Origin: an uncultured Gammaproteobacteria bacterium | Lineage (GTDB): Bacteria > Patescibacteriota > Microgenomatia > UBA8517 | Direction of reading: 5' to 3' | NCBI GenBank assembly: GCA_964645605.1 | Contig: CAZYCE010000002.1 | Span: 3,256 to 67,255 of the forward strand | Length of the DNA stretch: 64,000 bases | Shown: piece by piece, positions 47,052 through 56,463 of the stretch | Position numbering within the stretch: position 1 is the stretch's first letter | How the letters are laid out: the number at the start of each line of letters is the position of its first letter | Program-made: the position numbers and the translations under genes | Notes under the pieces: generated by a model | The model's database searches: none | What the model was told of the DNA's origin: nothing | What the model saw: the letters and a program-made list of their open reading frames with translations, nothing else

Positions 47052-47894
47052 CTATTCTACAATTGACTTATAAATTCTCTGAAGGGTATCTTCGGTCTCG
47101 TCAAGTCCGCCTTTAAGAACAAAAATTATTCTGGTTTCCCTGCGCGACCTGATCAATTTTACGGAGTTCTTTCTGGCAACTTCACCATTGCTGCTCGTAG
47201 CAACAAGTGCCTTCTCCATATCGCTTTGCATTTTATCAATCTCCTCGGAAATAATCCTGATATGTTCGTCCGCTTTCTTGACTTCCTGATTGCTTTTGAC
47301 CTTCATCCTTCTTGCAAGCTCCTCAGCGCGCCTTACCGAACCGCTTTCTCTTAAAACGATCTTATAGGCCTCAATCATAAGATTGCTGTCGTCAATGGCT
47401 GCAAGTGCTCTAGCGTGCCCCTCACTGATGAGTCCCGAGAGAAGTCCGTCTTTAAGCGCGTCCGGAAGACTCAGAAGCCTCAGGGAGTTGCTGACATAGG
47501 CAACGCTTTTCCCGATCCTGACAGCTATTTCACTTGTGGTAAGACCAAATTCATTCATAAGTCTCTCAAAACCTTTGGCTCTATCAAGAGGGTTAAGGTC
47601 AACTCTCTGAACATTTTCAACAAGAGCCATCTCAAGCATACCTTTAGGTGAAGTTTCACGGATTATGGCGGGGACATGCGTAAGCCCGGCCAGTTTTGAT
47701 GCTCTCCAGCGTCTCTCGCCTGCAATTATCTGAAATCCTGCCGGAGTTTTGGCAACAACAAGCGGTTCCAGAATTCCGTGTTCACGAATTGAATCAACAA
47801 GATCTACAAGACTCTCCGGTGTGATGGCACCACGGGGTTGAAGAGGGTTCGGCTGGAGCTGATTTATATCGAGCTGTATTACTTCTTCTGCCAT
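47052..47894 (-). CDS. parB: ParB/Spo0J partition protein
   Basis: PNPLQPR, IIAGERRWRA and ENVQRVDLNP motifs plus an HTH. Confidence 0.96.
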   Translation of the reverse strand: MAEEVIQLDINQLQPNPLQPRGAITPESLVDLVDSIREHGILEPLVVAKTPAGFQIIAGERRWRASKLAGLTHVPAIIRETSPKGMLEMALVENVQRVDLNPLDRAKGFERLMNEFGLTTSEIAVRIGKSVAYVSNSLRLLSLPDALKDGLLSGLISEGHARALAAIDDSNLMIEAYKIVLRESGSVRRAEELARRMKVKSNQEVKKADEHIRIISEEIDKMQSDMEKALVATSSNGEVARKNSVKLIRSRRETRIIFVLKGGLDETEDTLQRIYKSIVE

Positions 47895-47895
47895 T

Positions 47896-48147
47896 TTATT
47901 TTTCAGATACGGATATTACCTGCTTACCCATTTTTTTACTTATTTTTACAAATCCATTCAAAATTGAATAAAGTGTATGGTCACGACCTTCTTTGACACC
48001 AGCGCCTTTAGAAAATTTTGTTCCTCTTTGCCTTATTAAAATTTGTCCCTTAAAAATTTTTTCTCCATCAGACACCTTAGGTCCCAACCTCTTCCCTGCG
48101 GGACTTACATGTTGTGAAGCTTTTCCTCCAGCTTTGTGTGTAGACAT
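47896..48147 (-). CDS. rpmA: 50S ribosomal protein L27
   Basis: HKAGG, KRLG, ILIRQRGT and GRDHTL motifs. Confidence 0.97.
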   Translation of the reverse strand: MSTHKAGGKASQHVSPAGKRLGPKVSDGEKIFKGQILIRQRGTKFSKGAGVKEGRDHTLYSILNGFVKISKKMGKQVISVSEK

Positions 48148-48191
48148 ATTTTTATTATTAGGAACTTAGTTCTTGATACTTGGTTATAAGG

Positions 48192-48220
48192 AATATAACT
48201 TACGTTTTCACAGTTGTCAA
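48192..48220 (-). promoter_or_regulatory. Sigma70-type promoter for rpmA-parB
   Basis: TTGACA-17 nt-TATATT on the minus strand. Confidence 0.7.
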
Positions 48221-48247
48221 GAGGTCAGAAAGTTATGGTTTGATACA

Positions 48248-48553
48248 TTAACCGATCTTTTCAACTAGAAGCCTGGTATATTGTGCTCTGAAACCTGTGT
48301 GTCTCTTATATCTGCTTTTAGCTTTGAATTTATAAATTTCTACCTTCTCCCCTTTTTCAAGTTCGGTAATAACCTTTAATTTAACTTCGTTTTTAAGAGT
48401 CGGTTTTCCTACACTTACTTTATCTCCGTCCGCAACCAAAAGAACCTCAGCGGAAATTTTTTTGGGATCGATCAGCTTATCCACTAAAATCTCCTGCCCT
48501 TCTTCAACTTTGTATTGTTTTCCAGCAACTCGAATAACGGCAAACTTTGACAT
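48248..48553 (-). CDS. rplU: 50S ribosomal protein L21
   Basis: FAVIRVAGKQYKV, VGKP and GFRAQYT motifs. Confidence 0.96.
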   Translation of the reverse strand: MSKFAVIRVAGKQYKVEEGQEILVDKLIDPKKISAEVLLVADGDKVSVGKPTLKNEVKLKVITELEKGEKVEIYKFKAKSRYKRHTGFRAQYTRLLVEKIG

Positions 48554-48598
48554 ATGCGAGTATTTTATAACAGAATGAAAAACTCTACAAGCCTGAGC

Positions 48599-49675
48599 TT
48601 ATAGGTCAATTGAATGCAAAGTTTCCTTTTTGTAGGCACCAAGTGCAATCCCTAAACCTATCATTGTGGCAAGAAGCGAAGATCCTCCTGCCGATAGGAG
48701 CGGAAAAGGAAGACCCGTAATGGGGAGCATTCCCATATTCATTCCCGCATGGACCAGGACTTGTATCAAATATGTCAGGAAAAATCCCGAAAGATAGGCA
48801 CGAGCCTGAGGAGACGAAGAATGTTCCATAAATACCGTTAATCTTAAGAGAATAAAAAAACTAGCCAAAAGTACAAGACCAGCACCAACCAAACCAAGCT
48901 CCTCCGCTGTTGCGGCAAAGATGAAATCGGTTTGCTTTTCAGGTAAAAAGGCAAGTTGTGTCTGCACACCCCTTCCCAGCCCCGTTCCGAAAATTCTACC
49001 GGATCCTGCTGCAATTGTTGCCTGAATACTATTGTAACCCGCTCCCTGAGGATCCCGGGACGGTTCAATAAAAGTGGTAATCCTTTCCTTCTGGTAGGGT
49101 GCCATAAAGTTCCAGGCAACGGGAGCGGCCGCAACTATCACCAATATTCCGATTAGAAGCAGTTTTTTGTTAAATTTTGATGCCAGAAGCACTCCGATAA
49201 ATCCTATAAAGGTCAAGATTGATACTCCTAGCGAAGGCTGAACCAAAATAAGAATTACAGGAATTGCCAAAAGCGCGACCGCCTGTCCGAATTTCTTAAA
49301 AGTCACTGTTCCTTTTCCCAAAAAATTTGCAAAGAACACCAATAAAAAAGGCCTAATAAGTTCTGCCGGCTGTAGTGTGCCAGACCCAACCTGAATCCAG
49401 CGAACGGTATTTCTGGTAACTCTTCCTAAAATAAGAGTTAAAAGTAAAAGCGCAATACTGCCAAAATACAAATGTTTGGAAAAAAGGGAAATTATATCAA
49501 AATTGACCATCGAAAATATCGAAAAAACAACCAATGAGAAAAAGATATATAGGTAGTAGAGTGGAAAAAGCGACGGACTAAGGGAGTTTAGAACGATAAT
49601 ACTGGCCACAATTAAAAACATGACGGAGATGCTAAGAGTAATGTCCTTAAACAAAAATTTTGAAAGCCAGTGCAT
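48599..49675 (-). CDS. rodA: SEDS family protein RodA
   Basis: RWI, QPAE, FLPEKQTDFIF and PITGLPFPLLSAGGSS motifs. Confidence 0.88.
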   Translation of the reverse strand: MHWLSKFLFKDITLSISVMFLIVASIIVLNSLSPSLFPLYYLYIFFSLVVFSIFSMVNFDIISLFSKHLYFGSIALLLLTLILGRVTRNTVRWIQVGSGTLQPAELIRPFLLVFFANFLGKGTVTFKKFGQAVALLAIPVILILVQPSLGVSILTFIGFIGVLLASKFNKKLLLIGILVIVAAAPVAWNFMAPYQKERITTFIEPSRDPQGAGYNSIQATIAAGSGRIFGTGLGRGVQTQLAFLPEKQTDFIFAATAEELGLVGAGLVLLASFFILLRLTVFMEHSSSPQARAYLSGFFLTYLIQVLVHAGMNMGMLPITGLPFPLLSAGGSSLLATMIGLGIALGAYKKETLHSIDL

Positions 49676-49676
49676 A

Positions 49677-52600
49677 TTACGAGGTCCTTTTGACGCTAAA
49701 ACTGCCCTCTTCCAAATGGGAAATTTGAGCTTTTTTGATCATCCATTGAGTAAGTTTCTTACTCTCTGGCAATTTCTCTATAGTCACGTCAATTTTTTGA
49801 GTAAGATTTAACCCCAATGCCTTTCTTTCTTCCTGAATCTTTCTTACCAAATCTCTAATGTCTGCTTCTTCCTTCAATTCGGGTGTAATTTTCGTATCAA
49901 TTTCTATCTTATCCGATCCTCCTACGAGCTCGATAAATTTAACATTAAGTTCGCTTTCCGCAACCCTAATAATATCTTCAGCAATTGCGCCTTTCTCCTG
50001 CCCGTAAACCATAGCTTTTTGGAGAGGCTGTCTTACCGCTATACCCAGTTCCTTCCTTTTTGCATGGATCTTTTCAACAATGTCACGCATCTTTCGCATT
50101 TGGCTTATCAGGTCCTCATCATCTTTATTCTGTTTCGGAGGTTCATCTGGCCAATCAGAAAGATGAACAGACGCATCATGGGTCAAATTGATATACATAC
50201 TATCAGCAAGGTATGGCGTAAAAGGAGCCAGAAGTTTAGTAAGAATGTAAAGACAATAGTAAGTATTAGAGTAAAACGCGTTGGCATCCTTCTCGGATTC
50301 CTTTGCAGGACCTACACGCTCACGGGATCGCCTGATATACCAAAGAGAGAAATCGTCAACGAATTTTTCTATCTCGAAAGATGCACTAGCCGCATCATAC
50401 TTTTCTAAAGAACCGGTTACCAAATTAACGGTTTGGTCCAATCTCAAAATTATCCATTTATCAAGCACGCCTGTTGGTTTTCCGGGCCTTTTGTGAATTC
50501 CCGGCTTCCATTCATCAAGATTGGCATAAGTTACAAAAAAGTTGTAAACGTTCCAAAGCTTTAAATGAAATCTTCTCCTAACCTCATCGGCAATTTTATA
50601 GCCAAAAAGCAAATTTTCCGACGGGTTTGTACGCGCAAACATCCAGCGCATAACATCAACCCCTATTTTGTCCGCACCTTCATTAAATTCAATCGCATTC
50701 CCCCAACTTTTATGCATAGGTCTGCCGTCCTCACCAAGAAGTGTTCCGTATCCCAAAACCGTTTTATAAGGATTAGTGTCAGTAAGCACAGTACTCATGG
50801 CTATAAGTGCATAAAACCAATTCTTGAATTGCCCGGGAAAACTTTCCGTTATAAATGCCGCTGGAAACCATTTTTGCCACTCTTCCCGATTTTCTAAATA
50901 AAGCGGTTTTATCTTTGAGGGTATTAAGCCGCAGGCTTTGTTATCCTTACTGATTGTCGAAAAAGGCACAATCCCTGCATCAAGCCATGGGTTTCCGACC
51001 GGTTCAATCCTGCTCATTTCCGCACCGCAATTGCTGCACTTCAATCTTATAAAGTCAATTTGAGGCTTGTGGGGACTTTTTCCGTCAAACTTGTCCCATC
51101 CGGATACGGCCCGAGCTTTAAGTTCTTCTCTTGTTCCGATAACCTCGAAATGGTGGCATTTCTTACATTCCCAAATTGGCAAGGCCAGCCCCCAATACCT
51201 GTTTTTCTTGCTTATGAGCCAGTCGTGCATATTTGTCAACCAGTCCATTTCCCGGTCAAGTCCAAATTCCGGAAGCCACTCAATTTTAGCAGCAACCTCT
51301 TTCATTCTTTCCCTAAGCGTTCTTGTATCGGGTGCGGGTTTGGGGGTTTCCTCCTCTTTGTTCCAATTTTCTCTATCTTCGTTTATTTGAATTTTAGGAG
51401 GGACTACTTTGGCTGGTTTATCCATCGAGATATACCATTCGTCGGTTATTTTCCAAACAAGCTCGGTTTTACATCTCCAGCACGCAGGGTATCTGTGGGT
51501 ATATTTCTCGATTTTATAAAAGAAATGTGCTCCTTTTTCTTCCCTCTCTCTCAGAAAATCTAAAATTAATTCTGGATGCTTCTTGGCATTTTGTCCCGAC
51601 AAGAACCCTAAATCTGGCATATATGAAGCATCGTCTTCAATTACCTTGATTACAGGCAGGTTCAGTTTCTTGCCCAATCTGAAATCTTCCGCTCCCGAAG
51701 ATGTGGCCACATGTACTATTCCTGTTCCTTCTTCAGTATTTATCGGAAGTATCAGATCGTCCGTGGCTACAACCGTGTGGAATTTATCATTCCTTGCAGT
51801 TTCCGCTACTTTAGGTAGGGCATCGAAGGCTCCTTTGTATCTTAGTCCAACCAGTTTGGCACCTTTTGTCGTCTTCAGTTCTTTTGCCCTAGTCCCGGCA
51901 AATATCCTGTCTTTCGCCTGTGCGGCAACCCAATACTTGCGCTTTTCTACCTCAATAAGGGTGTAATCGAGGTCGGCATCAATCGCTACGACTACATTGG
52001 CAGGAACGGTCCACGGGGTAGTAGTCCAGACAAGCAAATATTCATCCGTCTGCCCGGTAACCGGAAAAGAAAGGTATATGGAATCGTGCGTAATTTCCTT
52101 GTAATCCTCCGTAAGCATTTCATGCTGGGAAATAGCTGTCTCACATCTCGGGCACCAGGCAACGGCATCCTCGCCTTTATAAATCCAGCCGTGTTCATAA
52201 CATACTTTCAAAAAATGCCAAATCATATAATTGTTGTCGTCACTCAGCGTGTAATAGGAGTGATCCCAATCCATGAAGTATCCCAGGCGTTTACTTTGTT
52301 CCGTTTGAATTTCCGAATATTTTTTGACTCTGTCTTTGCAAAGCTCTACAAATTCGGCAACGCCAAATGTCTCTATGTCTTTTTTATTTTTGAATCCAAG
52401 CTCTTTTTCCACCTCAACCTCAACCCAAAGGCCCTGACAATCAAAACCGTTTTGAAAACGCTCCCGGTATCCCTGCATATTTTTATACCTCTGCCAAATA
52501 TCCTTATATGTTCTCCCCCATGCATGGTGGACCGCCATAGGATTATTCGCAGTCATGGGTCCATCGAGAAAGCTAAAATATTTTTTGGAGTTTTTATTAC

Positions 52601-52715
52601 GTGATAAATATTTCTTAATGACGCCTTTTTTCTCCCAATTTTTATAAATTTCTTTCTCGAGGTCCGGAAAATTTACCTGCAAGTTCACCGGATCAAAAAA
52701 GGATTTTCTTGCCAT
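49677..52715 (-). CDS. ileS: Isoleucine-tRNA ligase, type 2 (IleRS2)
   Basis: DGPMTAN, GFDCQGL, WTTTPWT, GTGIVH, YPACWRC, DWLIS and PMHKS; IleRS2-type C-terminus (RDLVRKIQEERK). Confidence 0.95.
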   Translation of the reverse strand: MARKSFFDPVNLQVNFPDLEKEIYKNWEKKGVIKKYLSRNKNSKKYFSFLDGPMTANNPMAVHHAWGRTYKDIWQRYKNMQGYRERFQNGFDCQGLWVEVEVEKELGFKNKKDIETFGVAEFVELCKDRVKKYSEIQTEQSKRLGYFMDWDHSYYTLSDDNNYMIWHFLKVCYEHGWIYKGEDAVAWCPRCETAISQHEMLTEDYKEITHDSIYLSFPVTGQTDEYLLVWTTTPWTVPANVVVAIDADLDYTLIEVEKRKYWVAAQAKDRIFAGTRAKELKTTKGAKLVGLRYKGAFDALPKVAETARNDKFHTVVATDDLILPINTEEGTGIVHVATSSGAEDFRLGKKLNLPVIKVIEDDASYMPDLGFLSGQNAKKHPELILDFLREREEKGAHFFYKIEKYTHRYPACWRCKTELVWKITDEWYISMDKPAKVVPPKIQINEDRENWNKEEETPKPAPDTRTLRERMKEVAAKIEWLPEFGLDREMDWLTNMHDWLISKKNRYWGLALPIWECKKCHHFEVIGTREELKARAVSGWDKFDGKSPHKPQIDFIRLKCSNCGAEMSRIEPVGNPWLDAGIVPFSTISKDNKACGLIPSKIKPLYLENREEWQKWFPAAFITESFPGQFKNWFYALIAMSTVLTDTNPYKTVLGYGTLLGEDGRPMHKSWGNAIEFNEGADKIGVDVMRWMFARTNPSENLLFGYKIADEVRRRFHLKLWNVYNFFVTYANLDEWKPGIHKRPGKPTGVLDKWIILRLDQTVNLVTGSLEKYDAASASFEIEKFVDDFSLWYIRRSRERVGPAKESEKDANAFYSNTYYCLYILTKLLAPFTPYLADSMYINLTHDASVHLSDWPDEPPKQNKDDEDLISQMRKMRDIVEKIHAKRKELGIAVRQPLQKAMVYGQEKGAIAEDIIRVAESELNVKFIELVGGSDKIEIDTKITPELKEEADIRDLVRKIQEERKALGLNLTQKIDVTIEKLPESKKLTQWMIKKAQISHLEEGSFSVKRTS

Positions 52716-52744
52716 ATGAAGCTATTCTAACACATATTCCGGAC

Positions 52745-53017
52745 TCAGTTTAAGCCGTTTTTAACTGTTTGAATTTTTCCCTCAGACATTGCCAGAAGTT
52801 TTCCAAGCTCGTTTACGAACTTTTTAGCGTGTTCTCTGCTCATGCCAAACCTTGAAACAATTCTTACCTGATCGGTTGAACCAACTCTTTGGGCGACATC
52901 CAAAACTATCCCTTCCGTATTTGCCGTCATAAATATATTGTCCGTATAGAGAATGGGCGTTGTATCCAAATTCAAATTTACCTGCTGTGCATTATCTTTT
53001 TTCCCTTTGTTGTCCAT
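52745..53017 (-). CDS. Small conserved protein (DUF3467-like)
   Basis: LYTDN...IVLD...VSRFGMS..HAK pattern. Confidence 0.6.
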   Translation of the reverse strand: MDNKGKKDNAQQVNLNLDTTPILYTDNIFMTANTEGIVLDVAQRVGSTDQVRIVSRFGMSREHAKKFVNELGKLLAMSEGKIQTVKNGLN

Positions 53018-53045
53018 AAAATCACCCCCTTTTCTTCTTGTGAAA

Positions 53046-53996
53046 TTATATCACTCCGATAATTTCCCTTACTTCACTGAAGTTTTTTGCCCTCATCATT
53101 TTAATCCTGAGTTTGCTAGCCCCGGGGAATCCTTTTATATACATCTTGAAAAATTTTTTAATAATTTCAAAATTCTTGGAATCTCCCCACACGCTTTCAA
53201 AAAGATCCATGTGTTTACAAAGAAGATTGATATAATCGACTTTTTTATGCTTTATACTTTCGCTTTTATTAAATACCCACGGGTTTGTAAACACACCCCT
53301 TCCAATCATAACCCCATCAACCCCATACCTCTCCCGCATCAAAAGTACCTCTGAATAACTTTTAACATCCCCATTTCCGATAATTAAAGTCGATGGGGAA
53401 ATTCCGTTCCGCAATTCGATAATTTTTCCGATTTCTTCCCAATCCGCCTTCCCTTTGGACATTTGCTTGGCAATCCGCGCGTGTATTGTCAAAGCAGCAA
53501 TCTCTTGCTTCAAAAGAAAAGTTATCCAGTCCTTGGCAATGTTTTCATTCTTGCCAAGTCTTGTCTTAACGCTCACGGGAAGACCCCCCGCCCCCCTTTT
53601 AACAGCCTTTATCAAATCTCCCGCCAGTTTATACTCCCCAATTAGGCCCGCTCCTGCACCCCTCTTAACAACTTCCTTCACGGGGCAACCCATATTAATA
53701 TCTATTCCGTCAAAGTTAAGATTTTTTGCTATTTTTGCGGCTTTTTCCATTTTTACCGGATCGGTGCCCCATATTTGAGCAACTATCGGGTGCTGAGCCT
53801 CCGTAAAGTTCAGCTTTCTTAAAGGAATTCCGTTTGCGCCGTGAATTAACCCGTCTGCATTGGCAAATTCTGTAAAAAAAACGTCAGGGCGTCCCGCTTC
53901 AAGGATTACTTGCCTAAAAACATTATCGGTAACGTCATCCATTGGAGCCATGGCAGTAAAAGGCCGTGGAAGATTTCTCCAAAAATTTATTAACAT
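53046..53996 (-). CDS. dus: tRNA-dihydrouridine synthase
   Basis: APMDDVTD, DINMGCP, SVKTRLG, IHAR, GNGD and MIGRG motifs. Confidence 0.95.
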   Translation of the reverse strand: MLINFWRNLPRPFTAMAPMDDVTDNVFRQVILEAGRPDVFFTEFANADGLIHGANGIPLRKLNFTEAQHPIVAQIWGTDPVKMEKAAKIAKNLNFDGIDINMGCPVKEVVKRGAGAGLIGEYKLAGDLIKAVKRGAGGLPVSVKTRLGKNENIAKDWITFLLKQEIAALTIHARIAKQMSKGKADWEEIGKIIELRNGISPSTLIIGNGDVKSYSEVLLMRERYGVDGVMIGRGVFTNPWVFNKSESIKHKKVDYINLLCKHMDLFESVWGDSKNFEIIKKFFKMYIKGFPGASKLRIKMMRAKNFSEVREIIGVI

Positions 53997-54035
53997 TAGT
54001 GAATTATACCCTTTAGTGATTATATAATTACACTT

Positions 54036-54431
54036 ATGGAGAACCGTAAAGAGGTAGAAAATTTTATAGCAAGGTCTGTTTTAGCTATATGCGGCGCTGG
54101 CTCCGATAGAAGCAAATACATCGCCGAGGAACTCAACAACCGGGGTTATTTTGCGGTATACGGAGGCATTATGAAAAACCATAATTATGTCACCCCTGAG
54201 GATTTGCAAAATATAGGAACAATAGTGTTTTCTTCGATTTATGAAAAGAAGATTTTTGATGAAAATGCAAAATTAAAACAAATTGTTTCCAGAAATAATA
54301 TTCAGGTAAGAGTTTTGAATATCACAGAAAGAGACAAGAATAAAGCCCATGATGAAAATGCGGTTGATAAACTTAGGATAGAAATAGCCAATCAACTTGA
54401 TTGCGTTGGACTCAAAAATCTCGGAAAATAA
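54036..54431 (+). CDS. Small protein with a CX5RS P-loop (LMW phosphatase/ArsC/EIIB-like fold)
   Basis: VLAICGAGSDRS near the N-terminus; its own TATAAT lies 7 nt upstream. Confidence 0.55.
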   Translation: MENRKEVENFIARSVLAICGAGSDRSKYIAEELNNRGYFAVYGGIMKNHNYVTPEDLQNIGTIVFSSIYEKKIFDENAKLKQIVSRNNIQVRVLNITERDKNKAHDENAVDKLRIEIANQLDCVGLKNLGK

Positions 54432-54440
54432 TTTCTATAC

Positions 54441-54809
54441 GTGGCTTCTTTGACTTTCATACCCTTTAAATCTAAAATCCTCTTAACCATGTTAAAGGAG
54501 ATGGAAAATGAGCTTGAGCCTTTGAACATATGTCGAAAACATTTTTGGGAAATTGCCATTGGTAGAATGTGCGATAACCCCAAGAAGGTATTGCCGGTTT
54601 ACTTGAAGCCGCCTCGATTCAGTAAACCCCTTGGTGACTATTTTCTCCATTTTGTAAAGGAGGACGGCAAGGTATATTTGCAAGCCGAGGGATTTAGCTC
54701 CAAAGAAGTGGAATCCGGGTTTGTGATTGGGTTTGACGAAAATTTGACACACGTTCAGCCCGGTATCTACCGGTTGGACATAACCGATTATCTTGGAGGT
54801 GACCTATAA
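54441..54809 (+). CDS. Hypothetical protein (start uncertain)
   Basis: Open frame filling the gap; no recognised motif. Confidence 0.45.
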   Translation: MASLTFIPFKSKILLTMLKEMENELEPLNICRKHFWEIAIGRMCDNPKKVLPVYLKPPRFSKPLGDYFLHFVKEDGKVYLQAEGFSSKEVESGFVIGFDENLTHVQPGIYRLDITDYLGGDL

Positions 54810-54816
54810 ACTGCGC

Positions 54817-55056
54817 TTAATTACAATCTTCTTCCCAAAGTCTTAGACATTTGTCTTTGGAGGCACACCAAACGTAGCCTGCTGAGCCTATGCAGCCGTG
54901 TTCATCTTTATCCCCTCCCACAATTTGCTGGACAGGACTTGAAGTTTTAAAAACCGCATTACTTGCTTCGGTGGTATTAAAGGTATTGTTTTTAAGAAAA
55001 CGGTAAAGAAGAAAACCTAGTATCAAATAGAGAACCAGAACAAGAACATTCTTCAT
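54817..55056 (-). CDS. Small membrane-anchored Cys-containing protein
   Basis: Transmembrane helix followed by the module VGGDKDEHGCIGSAGYVWC...CLRLWEEDC. Confidence 0.7.
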   Translation of the reverse strand: MKNVLVLVLYLILGFLLYRFLKNNTFNTTEASNAVFKTSSPVQQIVGGDKDEHGCIGSAGYVWCASKDKCLRLWEEDCN

Positions 55057-55321
55057 GATTAATTATATTATACAACTAAGGATCCGGTTACCATTGAGTC
55101 AAAATGTCAGCCTCAGATATTCCACAAAGCAATCATCAACTTTCTCTGAAGATTGCCAAATCCAACCAGGCGCCAAAAAAATTCCTCCTGAATTCTAAAA
55201 AAGTTGCGGATACTGAAAGCCCTGAATCCCAAAATTATTAAAACAACCGCAACAATTATATTAATGTACTTTTTTGGTAAAAAATTTCCGACGTCCAAAC
55301 CAATTTTGGCGTGTAATAAGG

Positions 55322-56308
55322 CTATTTTAGATATGTTTCAATGTTTTGAAGATGTTCAGCATAAGTTTTGGCGCAGTGGATTTGACCGGAGGCATCATGC
55401 AGATAAAAAAGACAATCCGTCTCTTCTGGATTTAGCGCCGCCTCGATGGCATCGATATTCGGGCTGCAGATTGGCGTCGGGGGGAGACCTTTATACTTAT
55501 AGCTATTGTAGAGCGAATCGCTTTGTTTTTCGGAAATATCGATTGTTCCCCACCAACTGCCGGTATCATTTTTCCCAAGCGTATATTGCATAGTCGCATC
55601 AATTTGAAGAGGCATTTCATCATTAAGCCTGTTCCAGATAATTCCTGAAATGAGCTTCATATCGGCCTTTCCCGCCGCTTCCCTGGCTATAAGCGACGCG
55701 ATTTTAAGTCCCGTTGTCCATTTAATATTTTTGGCAATATAGGCGTCTGCAAGTGGTGCAAATTTTTGATTAAAATTCGCTATGAATCTCTGTGCAACTT
55801 GAGCAGGAGTTTCATCGGCTGGTATTAAGTAAGTGTCGGGGTAAAAAACGCCTTCAAAATATTCGGAGTTTTTATCTGTATAAAGATTGTTCCATTCCTT
55901 CAGCTGGTCCTCACTCCAGCCAAGAATTTCGGTCAGTTTCTCCCCTACCTGCTCTTTCCTTGGACAATACGAGATCGTAACCCAATAAAGGTCTTGTTTG
56001 CCAAACAATTTTTGAAGAATTTGCCAGGAATTCATTTTTTGGTTCAATCTGTAACCTCCCGATTTTATTTCTTTACCGGCGGCAAAATTATTAAAAATAA
56101 ATTGAAAAGCTTTTTCGTTTTTGATAAGCCCCTGTTTTTTTAAAGATTCTGCAAAATTGAAACCATATTGATCCTCGGGGACTACAAATACCTGTAAGGT
56201 GTCCGATTTACCGACTGGCCCTAGAAAATATAAAAAGGAGGCCGCAAAACCCAATCCAAAAACTATTAAAATAATAAGAATTCGAAAGAAAATCTTCACG
56301 ACAATCAT
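55322..56308 (-). CDS. mltG: Endolytic transglycosylase MltG
   Basis: EGVFYPDTY, ASLIARE, LQIDAT, YNSY..GLPPTPICSP and LFYLHD motifs. Confidence 0.94.
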   Translation of the reverse strand: MIVVKIFFRILIILIVFGLGFAASFLYFLGPVGKSDTLQVFVVPEDQYGFNFAESLKKQGLIKNEKAFQFIFNNFAAGKEIKSGGYRLNQKMNSWQILQKLFGKQDLYWVTISYCPRKEQVGEKLTEILGWSEDQLKEWNNLYTDKNSEYFEGVFYPDTYLIPADETPAQVAQRFIANFNQKFAPLADAYIAKNIKWTTGLKIASLIAREAAGKADMKLISGIIWNRLNDEMPLQIDATMQYTLGKNDTGSWWGTIDISEKQSDSLYNSYKYKGLPPTPICSPNIDAIEAALNPEETDCLFYLHDASGQIHCAKTYAEHLQNIETYLK

Positions 56309-56463
56309 TGTATCATGCGTATACTCCCTATGGTTTGGTAAGCATTTATTCGAAGATAATAAAGCGGGAGAAGCGTAATATGTTCAATGTATGCGGTTAC
56401 GCCACGGGTTCGAAGAATACCTTGTTTCTTTAGAGTCACAAAATAATACACTTTCTAAAAGGA

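Noticed and set aside
55113-55298. 61-aa hydrophobic ORF downstream of mltG
   Set aside because: It has a weak TTG start and looks like a membrane-protein fragment; there is not enough support to call it.
56309-56463. Possible tRNA or ncRNA around GGGTTCGAA between mltG and ftsZ
   Set aside because: No T-stem complement or cloverleaf could be built.
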